The notes under the pieces were generated by a model. It saw only the letters and a program-made list of their open reading frames with translations. It was not told the DNA's origin and ran no database searches. DNA of 63,989 nt, the filler included, from Lama guanicoe (taxonomy: Eukaryota): the NCBI GenBank assembly GCA_013239625.1. It is 196 parts of 196 records of this genome, joined end to end, with 100 filler letters (N's around TTAATTAATTAA, not from the genome) between each part and the next. Parts side by side here need not be neighbours in the genome. Positions count along the whole stretch, not along the records: positions 24,852 to 25,078 come from PNXV01042739.1; positions 25,179 to 25,405 come from PNXV01042740.1; positions 25,506 to 25,732 come from PNXV01042741.1; positions 25,833 to 26,059 come from PNXV01042742.1; positions 26,160 to 26,386 come from PNXV01042743.1; positions 26,487 to 26,713 come from PNXV01042744.1; positions 26,814 to 27,040 come from PNXV01042745.1; positions 27,141 to 27,367 come from PNXV01042746.1; 188 more parts are not named here. One strand, given 5' to 3'. Both the position numbers and the translations under genes were made by a program. Positions 24,752-37,502 of this stretch are shown here, in pieces (the first letter of the stretch is position 1; each line of letters opens with the position of its first letter).

Positions 24752-25178
24752 NNNNNNNNNNNNNNNNNNNNNNNNNNNNNNNNNNNNNNNNNNNNTTAAT
24801 TAATTAANNNNNNNNNNNNNNNNNNNNNNNNNNNNNNNNNNNNNNNNNNNNAAATGAGTCTCAGCCCCTCATTCTTTTCTTTTTGTTCTCAGCGTCAGGG
24901 CAGAGCCAAGAGGAGAAGGAAAGGTGGAACATCGAAAGGTAAAATTCTGCCTATTCCACCTGATCTCTCCAAGGGTGACCCTTCCTGTCCTTTCCATGAG
25001 GTCCCATGTCCATGATCTCTGAGGACGTCACTTGCTAGATACAGTCCCTGTCAGAAACCAGAGCTCTCAGAGTAGAGGNNNNNNNNNNNNNNNNNNNNNN
25101 NNNNNNNNNNNNNNNNNNNNNNTTAATTAATTAANNNNNNNNNNNNNNNNNNNNNNNNNNNNNNNNNNNNNNNNNNNN

Positions 25179-25732
25179 AGGGTGTAGTCTGAACAAAGGC
25201 ACAGAATCAGAACAGAGGTGTATTCAATAATTGGTGAATTGCCAGGAACGGTGCAATGCACAGCACGCTAGGAGGGAAATGTGGTGAGATTCATATGAAA
25301 AAGCAGACCGGTGCCAAATTGGGAAGACTTTGGAGCCAAAGAATGACTTTATTATATATGAGACAGGGCTTACTTGAGAGGGGAGTGACTTGCTCAGTTT
25401 GAGATNNNNNNNNNNNNNNNNNNNNNNNNNNNNNNNNNNNNNNNNNNNNTTAATTAATTAANNNNNNNNNNNNNNNNNNNNNNNNNNNNNNNNNNNNNNN
25501 NNNNNAGGGTGTAGTCTGAACAAAGGCACAGAATCAGAACAGAGGTGTATTCAACAATTGGTGAATTGCCAGGAACAGTGCAATGCACAGCACGCTAGGA
25601 GGGAAATGTGGTGAGATTCATGTGAAAAAGCAGACTGGTGCCAAATTGGGAAGACTTTGGAGCCAAAGAATGACTTTATTATGTATGAGACAGGGCTTAC
25701 TTGAGAGGGGAGTGACTTGCTCAGTTTGAGAT
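25179..25732 (+). repeat. Near-identical contig pair (25179-25405 vs 25506-25732)
   Basis: 5 substitutions in 227 bp; first and last 49 bp identical. Confidence 0.95.
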
Positions 25733-27467
25733 NNNNNNNNNNNNNNNNNNNNNNNNNNNNNNNNNNNNNNNNNNNNTTAATTAATTAANNNNNNNNNNNN
25801 NNNNNNNNNNNNNNNNNNNNNNNNNNNNNNNNAGAGCAGTTTGGACAATGGCAGAGGTGTAAGACAGACAACCAGGAGCTCAGGGCTGGCTGACGGCCGG
25901 GTTCAGCTCCCCCAGAAGACCATTCCACCCAGACTGGGAGAGGCGGCGGTTTTGTCTAATGTGCAGAAACCAACAGAGAGGGTCAAGGAAAATGAAGAAA
26001 CGGGAATAGATTCCAAACAAAAGGACAAGCTAGATTTTCAGAAACTCACCAGAATGATCNNNNNNNNNNNNNNNNNNNNNNNNNNNNNNNNNNNNNNNNN
26101 NNNTTAATTAATTAANNNNNNNNNNNNNNNNNNNNNNNNNNNNNNNNNNNNNNNNNNNNCTGTTCATGTATTACTGTTTACTTTTATTTCTAGTTTCAAT
26201 CCCAGCTTCATACTTTCAGCTGTGTTTTAGCTCTAGAAAGAAGTAAACTAGTCACTGGGTGAGCATTTTCGCAGCAGTATGAAATGGGGAGGTGAGACTG
26301 TTGGTGAAGAAATGAAGGCAGGATTTTAGTTCACATACTTGCTGTCAAGAGGACTTTACAAAAGACAATTTTATGCACTTTGGATANNNNNNNNNNNNNN
26401 NNNNNNNNNNNNNNNNNNNNNNNNNNNNNNTTAATTAATTAANNNNNNNNNNNNNNNNNNNNNNNNNNNNNNNNNNNNNNNNNNNNTCTACCCCTGATAT
26501 CATGAAATCAGTGAAGAATTGTGGTCACTTAAGAAGTATGTATCATGTAGATCATTGGTTAGTGGTTAATTTATCGCTTCTTCTTTTCCATATTAGAGGT
26601 TTGGTACCAAATATAATATGATTAGTTTGTGATACAGTTATGTTTCACAAAGAAGTCAGAATGGTGACTACGATTCAGGCTTTTAATAGAATGTTCTAAG
26701 GCATATCAATTTTNNNNNNNNNNNNNNNNNNNNNNNNNNNNNNNNNNNNNNNNNNNNTTAATTAATTAANNNNNNNNNNNNNNNNNNNNNNNNNNNNNNN
26801 NNNNNNNNNNNNNGGCCACTGGCAGAAGGGTGTGCACTGTACCAGACCTCAAGCTGGGCACCCCCTCCGGTGCCATCCCCAGCAGGTCCCAGAGGAGAGC
26901 TGACAGCAGGCACCTTCTCCCCGACACATCTCAACCAGTGCCACGTTCTCTGCAGGTGGAGTTATTGGCATCCCCTCCTCACGCACCGTCACTGTTGGCA
27001 CTGCCCAGGCGAGAGGGCAGAGTGTGGAGTTTCCCCACAANNNNNNNNNNNNNNNNNNNNNNNNNNNNNNNNNNNNNNNNNNNNTTAATTAATTAANNNN
27101 NNNNNNNNNNNNNNNNNNNNNNNNNNNNNNNNNNNNNNNNCCTTTTTAATTTTTACTTTTTAAACAATTATATATCCTCCCAGTTTTAAGCCCTTTTAAA
27201 TTTTAATATTATTATTATTTTTAAAAATCATGTCATTTTTATCTCTCTTGGTTTTGATCTCCTGTTATTGACTACACACAGGTTTCAAATACATTTTTCC
27301 CCTCTTTTCTCCTTTCTCAAAGGTTTTTAAGAGACGTCTCAACCTGATTGCTATTCTGCTTCAACTTNNNNNNNNNNNNNNNNNNNNNNNNNNNNNNNNN
27401 NNNNNNNNNNNTTAATTAATTAANNNNNNNNNNNNNNNNNNNNNNNNNNNNNNNNNNNNNNNNNNNN

Positions 27468-27499
<32 letters not shown>
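27468..27499. repeat. (CA)n microsatellite
   Basis: Perfect CA run at contig start. Confidence 0.95.
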
Positions 27500-27502
<3 letters not shown>

Positions 27503-28119
27503 GGGGAAAACCAGTTCTCCGAGTTTATACAAACTTTCCAGACTGTTTTGTCTCCATCCACTAGAGAATAGAACCTCTTTGAAATGATAAGCTAAGGCGT
27601 CTGCCATGCTCGTTGCTCGCAGGCTTGTTGTGGTGGTTGCAGGGCGTGAATCTGCTATTTGATGTCTCAGCCATTAGTCTGCCACAAATTAANNNNNNNN
27701 NNNNNNNNNNNNNNNNNNNNNNNNNNNNNNNNNNNNTTAATTAATTAANNNNNNNNNNNNNNNNNNNNNNNNNNNNNNNNNNNNNNNNNNNNGAGCTCCC
27801 CCTTCCCATCCAGGGGCCGCCTGCATCCCGACCACACCTCATCGCTGCAGAGGGCCTGGCAGGGCCGCCTCTGGCCCGGTTTCTTACTGCATTCAATACA
27901 AGTCTATTGAGAACCTGTGAGGCAGCCAGACCCAGGAATAGTGGCTTAAAGGCAGGCAGAAGCCCTACCGGCTTGGGAAGTACAAACCAGAGCGAGCTTT
28001 TCTAGTTCTTCTTTTCTATNNNNNNNNNNNNNNNNNNNNNNNNNNNNNNNNNNNNNNNNNNNNTTAATTAATTAANNNNNNNNNNNNNNNNNNNNNNNNN
28101 NNNNNNNNNNNNNNNNNNN

Positions 28120-28346
28120 ATCTGAGTGTGACAGTCCTCCAAGAGTGTTACCAACCAGGAGGCTCACAAGAGCTCTTAGCTTTGTTGCCCCAAGTTTATA
28201 CTGGAGGCTTTATTGCAAAGACATGATTTATTGGGTCACTACCAACATGGCTAACCCAATCCTAACTGTAACTCAAACATTTCCATAGTCCGAACCATTG
28301 AGCCCCTTCCTCTCCTGGTGGTCACTCACTTGTCACAAAGCTCAAA
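28120..28346. mobile_element. MER21-like LTR fragment
   Basis: accaaccaggaggctcac...tggaggctttatt...acatgatt...agccccttcctctcctgg. Confidence 0.5.
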
Positions 28347-30413
28347 NNNNNNNNNNNNNNNNNNNNNNNNNNNNNNNNNNNNNNNNNNNNTTAATTAATT
28401 AANNNNNNNNNNNNNNNNNNNNNNNNNNNNNNNNNNNNNNNNNNNNGTATGGCAGCTCACATTGTGACCTTGGTCAGACGTCCCCCAGCCTCAGCATCAA
28501 GTTTGCCAAATGGGGTGACGGACACTGCTCCCACCACACATGGATCAGACACGTGGGACTCACACACTAGGGGCGCAGAGCAGACCTGTCCCTACGCCCT
28601 GACGCTCGCTACTAAAAACATTCCTCTTATTCAGACTGGATGGGCCAGTCTGTCCATTGCAGGGCTGACTGTTNNNNNNNNNNNNNNNNNNNNNNNNNNN
28701 NNNNNNNNNNNNNNNNNTTAATTAATTAANNNNNNNNNNNNNNNNNNNNNNNNNNNNNNNNNNNNNNNNNNNNTCCCCAAATTGATCTCCAGACTCTACA
28801 CAACGAAACAAAAATTATCAGTCGGGTTTGTTATGAAATTAGATGATCCATGTTTGATGAGGAAATGAATGGATTGTTGGACGCAGAGGTAAACCTACTC
28901 TGCAGCTGCCCTAACTTAAGCTCCAGGGACCACCCTTTCTCAGGCTCTGTGATGTCTTTACAAGGTAAAATATCCTTATTCAAAAGTATGTTTTAACTGA
29001 NNNNNNNNNNNNNNNNNNNNNNNNNNNNNNNNNNNNNNNNNNNNTTAATTAATTAANNNNNNNNNNNNNNNNNNNNNNNNNNNNNNNNNNNNNNNNNNNN
29101 TACATAGTTATTTGAGTCTCAGTACTTGGCAGGGTATAGGGAAAAAAAAAGCTAATAAACTGCTCCGAGAACTCCATCTGGCATGAAGCAAGTGGGAAAT
29201 AAACCTCTGCTTCAAAGCAGCAGCGGTCTTCCTTTGTACAGAACTGATGATAAAATCCACTTGTATTTCAGGACTGTGAGAGAGATCCAGGCTGGAATGA
29301 AAGAAAGTCCTGTGTAGAAAGGATTTTNNNNNNNNNNNNNNNNNNNNNNNNNNNNNNNNNNNNNNNNNNNNTTAATTAATTAANNNNNNNNNNNNNNNNN
29401 NNNNNNNNNNNNNNNNNNNNNNNNNNNACCATCTCTAAATTCTCTGTCTCTGCTTTTACATGTGTTTTCCACAGTCTCCAGCTGACTCTTTCCATAGATG
29501 TGGCTCTCAGCTTCTATATTTGAATATTTATTTGCTTACTTAATGATGATTTGAAGTTAGTAACATTTTGTATCTCCTTATTATTCTAAAGTCATGGGAT
29601 GTTGTCATTAATTTTATTTGCTCTCCTAATATTGATCCTGTTAGTTTTTTAGAGNNNNNNNNNNNNNNNNNNNNNNNNNNNNNNNNNNNNNNNNNNNNTT
29701 AATTAATTAANNNNNNNNNNNNNNNNNNNNNNNNNNNNNNNNNNNNNNNNNNNNGCCCCAGGGAGGTGGGAACTTGGATAAACTGCTACAGCTCTTTCCT
29801 CATATGCAGGATGACGGCAGGGGGAGGGGAGTGATGCTACCATGCGGAGGGTATGAATATATGTTTAATACTTTAGGCAACAGTGCTGTGCTGCCCATTG
29901 CCCTGTATTCTTTTCCAGACGCCACGCACTGTGGGCGTTACAATAACTGTTCAGCTGGAGAGCTCCTTATAATTATACACANNNNNNNNNNNNNNNNNNN
30001 NNNNNNNNNNNNNNNNNNNNNNNNNTTAATTAATTAANNNNNNNNNNNNNNNNNNNNNNNNNNNNNNNNNNNNNNNNNNNNGGTGAAGGACGGCTTTCAC
30101 ACACAAATATCTCTCAGAACTGAGCATGTTTAGAGACGTTCGTTCACTCAGCAGAAACGGAACGGATAACAGGGGAAACACTTACTTTGGTTTTTAAGTC
30201 CCTTTCCTAGTGCCGGTTAGAAGTCCCTGCCGTTTTCAGTGTAAAACGTAGTTGTAGCCTGTTCCTCCCAATATATATTTATGGAGTGGAGTTTTCAACT
30301 GAAAAGAANNNNNNNNNNNNNNNNNNNNNNNNNNNNNNNNNNNNNNNNNNNNTTAATTAATTAANNNNNNNNNNNNNNNNNNNNNNNNNNNNNNNNNNNN
30401 NNNNNNNNTTCCA

Positions 30414-30479
30414 AGGGTTGAACCCAGGACCTCGTGCCTGCTAAGCAAGCGCTCTACAGCTCTATTTACACCCTCTCCC
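30414..30479 (-). mobile_element. Vic-1-like SINE head
   Basis: gggttgaacccaggacctcgtgcctgctaagcaagcgctctac. Confidence 0.8.
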
Positions 30480-30635
30480 GACCCGAGAAACTTCTTGAAC
30501 CCAATTGTTAGTGGATTTTACTGAGGCTTCATTACTTGGGCAGGATTGATTAAATCATTGGCCATTAGTGGTCCGTCTTTGCTCCGTCTACTCTCACCAG
30601 AGATTGAGAGGTAGGGATGAAAGTTCCAACCTCTT
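30480..30635. mobile_element. MER21-like LTR fragment
   Basis: ggattttactgaggcttcattac..gggcaggattgattaaatcattggccatt...tgaaagttccaacc. Confidence 0.6.
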
Positions 30636-33024
30636 NNNNNNNNNNNNNNNNNNNNNNNNNNNNNNNNNNNNNNNNNNNNTTAATTAATTAANNNNNNNNN
30701 NNNNNNNNNNNNNNNNNNNNNNNNNNNNNNNNNNNGGCAGGGAGGAATGGGTCCGGGGCTGGAGGCAGTGAAAGACGTGGCTAAGCAGGCCAAATGCCTG
30801 AGCAGGGCTGATGCCTGGGGCTGCCCTTCAACGATGTCTTGTGGCCCAACACCCATGAAGACCTCTTAAAGACCTAAGAAGGAAGCAAACACAAATGGCC
30901 TTACAACGCATCAATGAGCTTCTTCCCTGAAGAGTGGACGAGCGCCTTGCATCATCAGTCACNNNNNNNNNNNNNNNNNNNNNNNNNNNNNNNNNNNNNN
31001 NNNNNNTTAATTAATTAANNNNNNNNNNNNNNNNNNNNNNNNNNNNNNNNNNNNNNNNNNNNATATATTTGAATACTCCCATTAGGAAACAGAATAGGAT
31101 GTAAATAGATGACACTGGTTCATATCAATTCTGAATCTTAGCCAGTTACATGCATCAGTTCCTTCATTAGGGCCAATCCTTCTCCTTCATGGTTTTCTAA
31201 GGTTTTGGTTTTATCTTCTGATACTTGGTTCTGACTCCATGTCATTTTTTTCCTTTTTAATTAGAAAGGACCTGTGTTTGCAGATGAGTNNNNNNNNNNN
31301 NNNNNNNNNNNNNNNNNNNNNNNNNNNNNNNNNTTAATTAATTAANNNNNNNNNNNNNNNNNNNNNNNNNNNNNNNNNNNNNNNNNNNNTTGTATTAGAG
31401 CTGTTTTGATGATTGTTTCTAGGACTCGAGAGAGCTCACGTGTTTTATCTAGAAAACGACTCTGTTGTCATGAGGGTTATCACATACCTGCTTTATAGAC
31501 AAGGAAATCTGACTACAGGGATGTTCAGTGAATTTGCCAAAAATCAAAGTATAAATTAGCACACAACGAATCACAGGAACTCAAATGTTTCTTAATAGAT
31601 CTATTAAACTCAACTCNNNNNNNNNNNNNNNNNNNNNNNNNNNNNNNNNNNNNNNNNNNNTTAATTAATTAANNNNNNNNNNNNNNNNNNNNNNNNNNNN
31701 NNNNNNNNNNNNNNNNAACTGTATTTGAGATGTTCATTAAGTTAAGCAGAAACAGGAAAGGTATATTAAAAAAAAAGGCCTAAATGAAACTTCTAGAAAT
31801 AAAAACTATATTGTATGAGATAAAAATCTCCTGTTAGGATTAACAGCAAATTAGGAATTGCAGAAGAAAATTAGTGAGCTGGCAGACATGGATGCAAAAT
31901 AAAACAGTGAAAAGATAATAAGTAACAAAAAGCATTAATGAGCNNNNNNNNNNNNNNNNNNNNNNNNNNNNNNNNNNNNNNNNNNNNTTAATTAATTAAN
32001 NNNNNNNNNNNNNNNNNNNNNNNNNNNNNNNNNNNNNNNNNNNACTAGATTTCAATCTGTACCCTTTCCAGCAGCCAGAGTGGTGGGGAAGACGTAAACC
32101 CATCCTGTTTTAAAACCTTAGACATGCTATTATAAAAATGATATGATGATGATGATACTATAAGTAATAAACAGGAGCTTTATTGTGAAAAAAATGATAA
32201 AATAAAACCTTAGAGAAATTTCAAATGAAGCAGGGTGAATAAACCAACTAAATCAGGTCTGGTTTTGGGGNNNNNNNNNNNNNNNNNNNNNNNNNNNNNN
32301 NNNNNNNNNNNNNNTTAATTAATTAANNNNNNNNNNNNNNNNNNNNNNNNNNNNNNNNNNNNNNNNNNNNAAATCAATGAACCCAATTAAACCCCCCCAA
32401 CAAATAAATAAAAATAATTAAAAAAATTAAAAAATAAAAATTGTTAATGCTATTAAAAAATGTTAATACACTCATGGTGAAGCTGAAGTTCTAGGTCCTT
32501 CGTTCCCCTGGTAGCAGGGAGGTGAAGGGCAGTGAAGGGCCGTTTGACGTCTTGTGATGTGCATTCATTGTGAAGACACTTTTACACACCCTGTCAANNN
32601 NNNNNNNNNNNNNNNNNNNNNNNNNNNNNNNNNNNNNNNNNTTAATTAATTAANNNNNNNNNNNNNNNNNNNNNNNNNNNNNNNNNNNNNNNNNNNNTTT
32701 TGCTGGGAGAAAAGAAAAGATTCATTTCAAAATTACTAAATGAATGCCACAGTACAATTTTATAAAATATAAATATGACTTCAGTGGCGTTGTGGTCAAA
32801 AGTGGTCACTCCTTGTGTGCCAACAAATAAAAAATCTGAAGTGTGACCAGCAGTTCTGTATGTATTGCATGTTCCCAGGACTTTTAGTTGGTGGCTTTAG
32901 GTTTTATTTTAAAATCAAGTGTTTNNNNNNNNNNNNNNNNNNNNNNNNNNNNNNNNNNNNNNNNNNNNTTAATTAATTAANNNNNNNNNNNNNNNNNNNN
33001 NNNNNNNNNNNNNNNNNNNNNNNN

Positions 33025-33251
33025 AGGCACTGTGCTTAAGTGGAGTGGACCATCGTCTCACCCAAATCTCCCCGACACCACTCCTCGGTTTGTGCTGTCT
33101 CCCATTCAATGCGTGGGAAACTGAGGCTTAGTAAGCCTCCTGAATCATGAAGGCGTTCATGAGTCTTAGGATGGGGGTGCCTTGAACACCACCAGCCAGC
33201 CAGGAAGTGGCAGAGCTAGGACTAAAATGCACGTCTTTTTCCATCCAGCCA
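33025..33251 (-). mobile_element. MIR SINE fragment
   Basis: aggcactgtgct...cccatt...gggaaactgaggctta...aagtggcagagctaggact. Confidence 0.6.
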
Positions 33252-33767
33252 NNNNNNNNNNNNNNNNNNNNNNNNNNNNNNNNNNNNNNNNNNNNTTAAT
33301 TAATTAANNNNNNNNNNNNNNNNNNNNNNNNNNNNNNNNNNNNNNNNNNNNGTAATCACAAGAGAATAAATTTAACATAAAAGTACAGTATATATGTAAA
33401 GAAAGTATAAAATCTCTAAAAGTAAAATATGATTAGAACAAAAGAGATGTTATCAATATACTTGGTTGCAAAATTTTAATATGAGCATGCATATGTGTGT
33501 AACTATACATTATGTATTGTGGAAACACTTTTTTATCAATTTATTTTTATGTAGTCACTAAGCAAGTAGAATATTAAANNNNNNNNNNNNNNNNNNNNNN
33601 NNNNNNNNNNNNNNNNNNNNNNTTAATTAATTAANNNNNNNNNNNNNNNNNNNNNNNNNNNNNNNNNNNNNNNNNNNNAGGTAGATTGTAGTTTTAGTAG
33701 GCATTGGAAAAATTCTTGAAGGGGGTAATATAAGCCTTTTTTAATATACTTATTTTACAATATCTTA

Positions 33768-33905
33768 TTTTTTTAATTGAGATATTGTCGATGTACTATA
33801 TTATATGTTACAGGTATACAGTTTAGTGATTCACAAATTTTTAAAGGTTATGCTCTACTTATAGTTATTATAAACTATTGGCTCTATTCCCCATGATGTA
33901 CAATA
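33768..33905 (-). mobile_element. LINE-1 3' end fragment
   Basis: ttttaattgagat...acaggtatacag..tagtgattcacaa.tttttaaaggtta...ttatagttattataaa.tattggct. Confidence 0.85.
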
Positions 33906-34659
33906 NNNNNNNNNNNNNNNNNNNNNNNNNNNNNNNNNNNNNNNNNNNNTTAATTAATTAANNNNNNNNNNNNNNNNNNNNNNNNNNNNNNNNNNNNNNN
34001 NNNNNCAGAACAATGAGGAGAAAGAATGAAGGTAACTGGTTAGAAGATTAAGAGTAGGTAAGATCAGAAACAAGGAATCGGTTGGGATATTTTGGAAAGA
34101 GTCCCAGCATGAGATGATGAACCGTCTGAGCAGGGAAGTGAGGAATTCTGTGCAGCAGGTGCCCGGGGAATCCCTTAACTCTCTGGGGCTGCCTGGCTGA
34201 GGGTGAGATCTGTGATGCCAGCTCCTAGAATGNNNNNNNNNNNNNNNNNNNNNNNNNNNNNNNNNNNNNNNNNNNNTTAATTAATTAANNNNNNNNNNNN
34301 NNNNNNNNNNNNNNNNNNNNNNNNNNNNNNNNACAGGAGATCAAAACCAAGAGAGATAAAAATGACATGACATGGATTTTTTAAAATAATATTTTTTAAG
34401 AGAAAAATTTAAAAGGGATTAAAGCTGAGAGAATATGTAATTGTTCAAAAGGTAAAAATTTAAAAAGTAATGGAAAATACAACAGGTAAAAACAGATTTT
34501 TAAAAAAGGGGGGGAAGGGGTGTTCTCCTGGAGACTGTGTGCTCTTAATGAGAAGTCTTNNNNNNNNNNNNNNNNNNNNNNNNNNNNNNNNNNNNNNNNN
34601 NNNTTAATTAATTAANNNNNNNNNNNNNNNNNNNNNNNNNNNNNNNNNNNNNNNNNNNN

Positions 34660-34886
34660 ACAAACTGTCAAACTGTCTTCCAAAGTGACTATACCATTTT
34701 GCATTCACACTAGCAGCAAATGAGAGTTCCTGTTGCTCCACATCCTCGTCAGCATTTGGTGGCATCAGTGTTTTGGATTATAGCCATTCTAACAGATATG
34801 TATAAGTATCTCACTGTTTTAATTTGCATTATCCTGGTAACATAGGAAGTGAAGCATCTTTTCATATGTTTATTTGCCATCTGTAT
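34660..34886 (-). mobile_element. LINE-1 ORF2 fragment
   Basis: aaactgtcttccaaagtg.ctataccattttgcattc...gagagttcctgttgctccacatcctc. Confidence 0.9.
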
Positions 34887-36294
34887 NNNNNNNNNNNNNN
34901 NNNNNNNNNNNNNNNNNNNNNNNNNNNNNNTTAATTAATTAANNNNNNNNNNNNNNNNNNNNNNNNNNNNNNNNNNNNNNNNNNNNCCCTGCTCCAGGCA
35001 GCTTCTGGGCTGTCTTCTCAGTAACTGACACACCACAGCCTGAGGAGGTCGTGCTGAGCTGAGCCCCACATCCAGGAAGCCACACCCGAGGCGCAGGGCA
35101 AGAGCACGTCAGGTCAAACTGTCACACGTGAATGTCCTGAGTAGGGCAGGAACTTGGTGGCTGCGGCTGGGAAAGCAGGTCTCAGAGCTCAAGCAGGACG
35201 AGCTGGGGCTGGCNNNNNNNNNNNNNNNNNNNNNNNNNNNNNNNNNNNNNNNNNNNNTTAATTAATTAANNNNNNNNNNNNNNNNNNNNNNNNNNNNNNN
35301 NNNNNNNNNNNNNTTGTTACTCAGCAACTGAGAATAGCACACCCTTTTCCACCAGGGGGACCATTAGATCACGTAAAAGCCTAGGATAAGGCAGACTGTG
35401 CGACCTCAAACAGCTGCCATTAAAACTGTAGAAAACTTACTAAGATGTGTTTTAGATTTTATATCCTCAAGTGACTTTTGATGATGGTCATCCACACTTT
35501 CTGGAATCTTTTGCTGTGTGTCCTGCACAAGGTAAAACATNNNNNNNNNNNNNNNNNNNNNNNNNNNNNNNNNNNNNNNNNNNNTTAATTAATTAANNNN
35601 NNNNNNNNNNNNNNNNNNNNNNNNNNNNNNNNNNNNNNNNAACTGAAGAATAGCATGAACCCCTCAGCTGGACCCTGTCACACCCCAAAACAAAAAGACT
35701 ACATCTCTCTCATTGCCTTGCTAATATTTAAAATTTACTTAGTGGGGAAGATATATTTCATTAAAGTTCTGAAGAAAACACAAATAACCAAGAAAGCAGA
35801 CATGTGACACAGTTATGGAAAAATGGATTATCAATCAATCACAGATAATTTTGAAACTGTAGGTTTGNNNNNNNNNNNNNNNNNNNNNNNNNNNNNNNNN
35901 NNNNNNNNNNNTTAATTAATTAANNNNNNNNNNNNNNNNNNNNNNNNNNNNNNNNNNNNNNNNNNNNGCTGTAGATGAGTATAGGTATGTTCAGTTTTAG
36001 GAGGCACAAAGAGTTTTCCAGCAGTTTCCAGTTTATTCATATGCCCTGTAATACTTAGCATTTTAATCTTTTATAAATTTTAGCTGCTCTCTTAAGTGTT
36101 GGTATGTTTCACTGTGTTTTTCATTTGCATTCCTCTGACTATTAATCAAGTTGAGTGTCTTTCATGTGCTTTTTTGCTATTGGCATATATTTTTNNNNNN
36201 NNNNNNNNNNNNNNNNNNNNNNNNNNNNNNNNNNNNNNTTAATTAATTAANNNNNNNNNNNNNNNNNNNNNNNNNNNNNNNNNNNNNNNNNNNN

Positions 36295-36521
36295 GAGGAT
36301 GTAGAGAAAAGGTAACCCTCATACACTGTTGGTGGGGATGTAAATTGGTGCAGCCACTGTGGAAAACAGTACGGAGGTTCCACAAAAAATTAAAAATAGA
36401 GCTACGATATGATACACCAATTACACTTCTGAGTATTTACCTGGCGAAAATGAAAAGACTAGTATGAAAAGATGTATGCAGCCCCATGTTTGTTGCAGCA
36501 TTGTTTGCAATAGCCGAGACA
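36295..36521 (+). mobile_element. LINE-1 ORF2 fragment
   Basis: gaggatgtagagaaaagg.aaccctcatacactgttggtggg.atgtaaattggtgcagccactgtggaaaacagt. Confidence 0.95.
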
Positions 36522-37284
36522 NNNNNNNNNNNNNNNNNNNNNNNNNNNNNNNNNNNNNNNNNNNNTTAATTAATTAANNNNNNNNNNNNNNNNNNNNNNN
36601 NNNNNNNNNNNNNNNNNNNNNACAGATTCATTGCAGGACAGGAAACAGGTACAAGACAAAGACCAAATTCTGAATGAGAAAAAGCTGCAGTCTAGTGTGG
36701 CCTATGCCTCAAGACTGCCCTTTACAATACTGGCCAATATAGAGAATTTCACAGACCGGCCAATCATAAAAGAATTCAGCAGTTTGAAATTTATCCTATA
36801 AGAAAGATTGAGAATCCTACCCTGAATAGAAAACAAGGAAGATGATCTNNNNNNNNNNNNNNNNNNNNNNNNNNNNNNNNNNNNNNNNNNNNTTAATTAA
36901 TTAANNNNNNNNNNNNNNNNNNNNNNNNNNNNNNNNNNNNNNNNNNNNCTGCTCACAGTGCCCTGCCACCGGCTACTGAACAAGAAAAGTGCTATTCTCT
37001 ATGCTGTGTGTTTTGCAGATGTGTAGGTGATGGTCATGTGGCTCATGTGTGGGCTTTGAGCTGGGATGGTGTAGGGCTTATAAATACCTCACCAACATGT
37101 ATTCAAGGTGGCCTGCTGCCACAGAAACTTGATTCATGAAGGCATCAAGCCTGCACACTGGTTTGGAAACAACTTNNNNNNNNNNNNNNNNNNNNNNNNN
37201 NNNNNNNNNNNNNNNNNNNTTAATTAATTAANNNNNNNNNNNNNNNNNNNNNNNNNNNNNNNNNNNNNNNNNNNNCCCCCCCCC

Positions 37285-37502
37285 CATTGTTTAATTCTAG
37301 GAGTTTTATGGTTTCAGGTCTTACATTCAGTGTTTAGTTCATTTTGAGTTGGTTTTTGTGAATAGTGTAAGACAGAGGCCCGGTTTCATTCTCTGGCATG
37401 TGACTATCCAGTTTTCTCAACATCAGTTACTAAAGAGACTGTCCTTTCCTCACCATATATTCTTGACTCCTTTGTCATAAATTAATTGCCCACACATGCA
37501 TG
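37285..37502 (-). mobile_element. LINE-1 ORF2 fragment
   Basis: ttctaggagttttatggtttcaggtcttacatt...tccagttttc.caaca.ca.ttactaaagagactgtcctttc. Confidence 0.9.

Noticed and set aside
25179..25732. Genuine tandem duplication
   Set aside because: Separated by the artificial linker and shows the 49-bp bubble geometry
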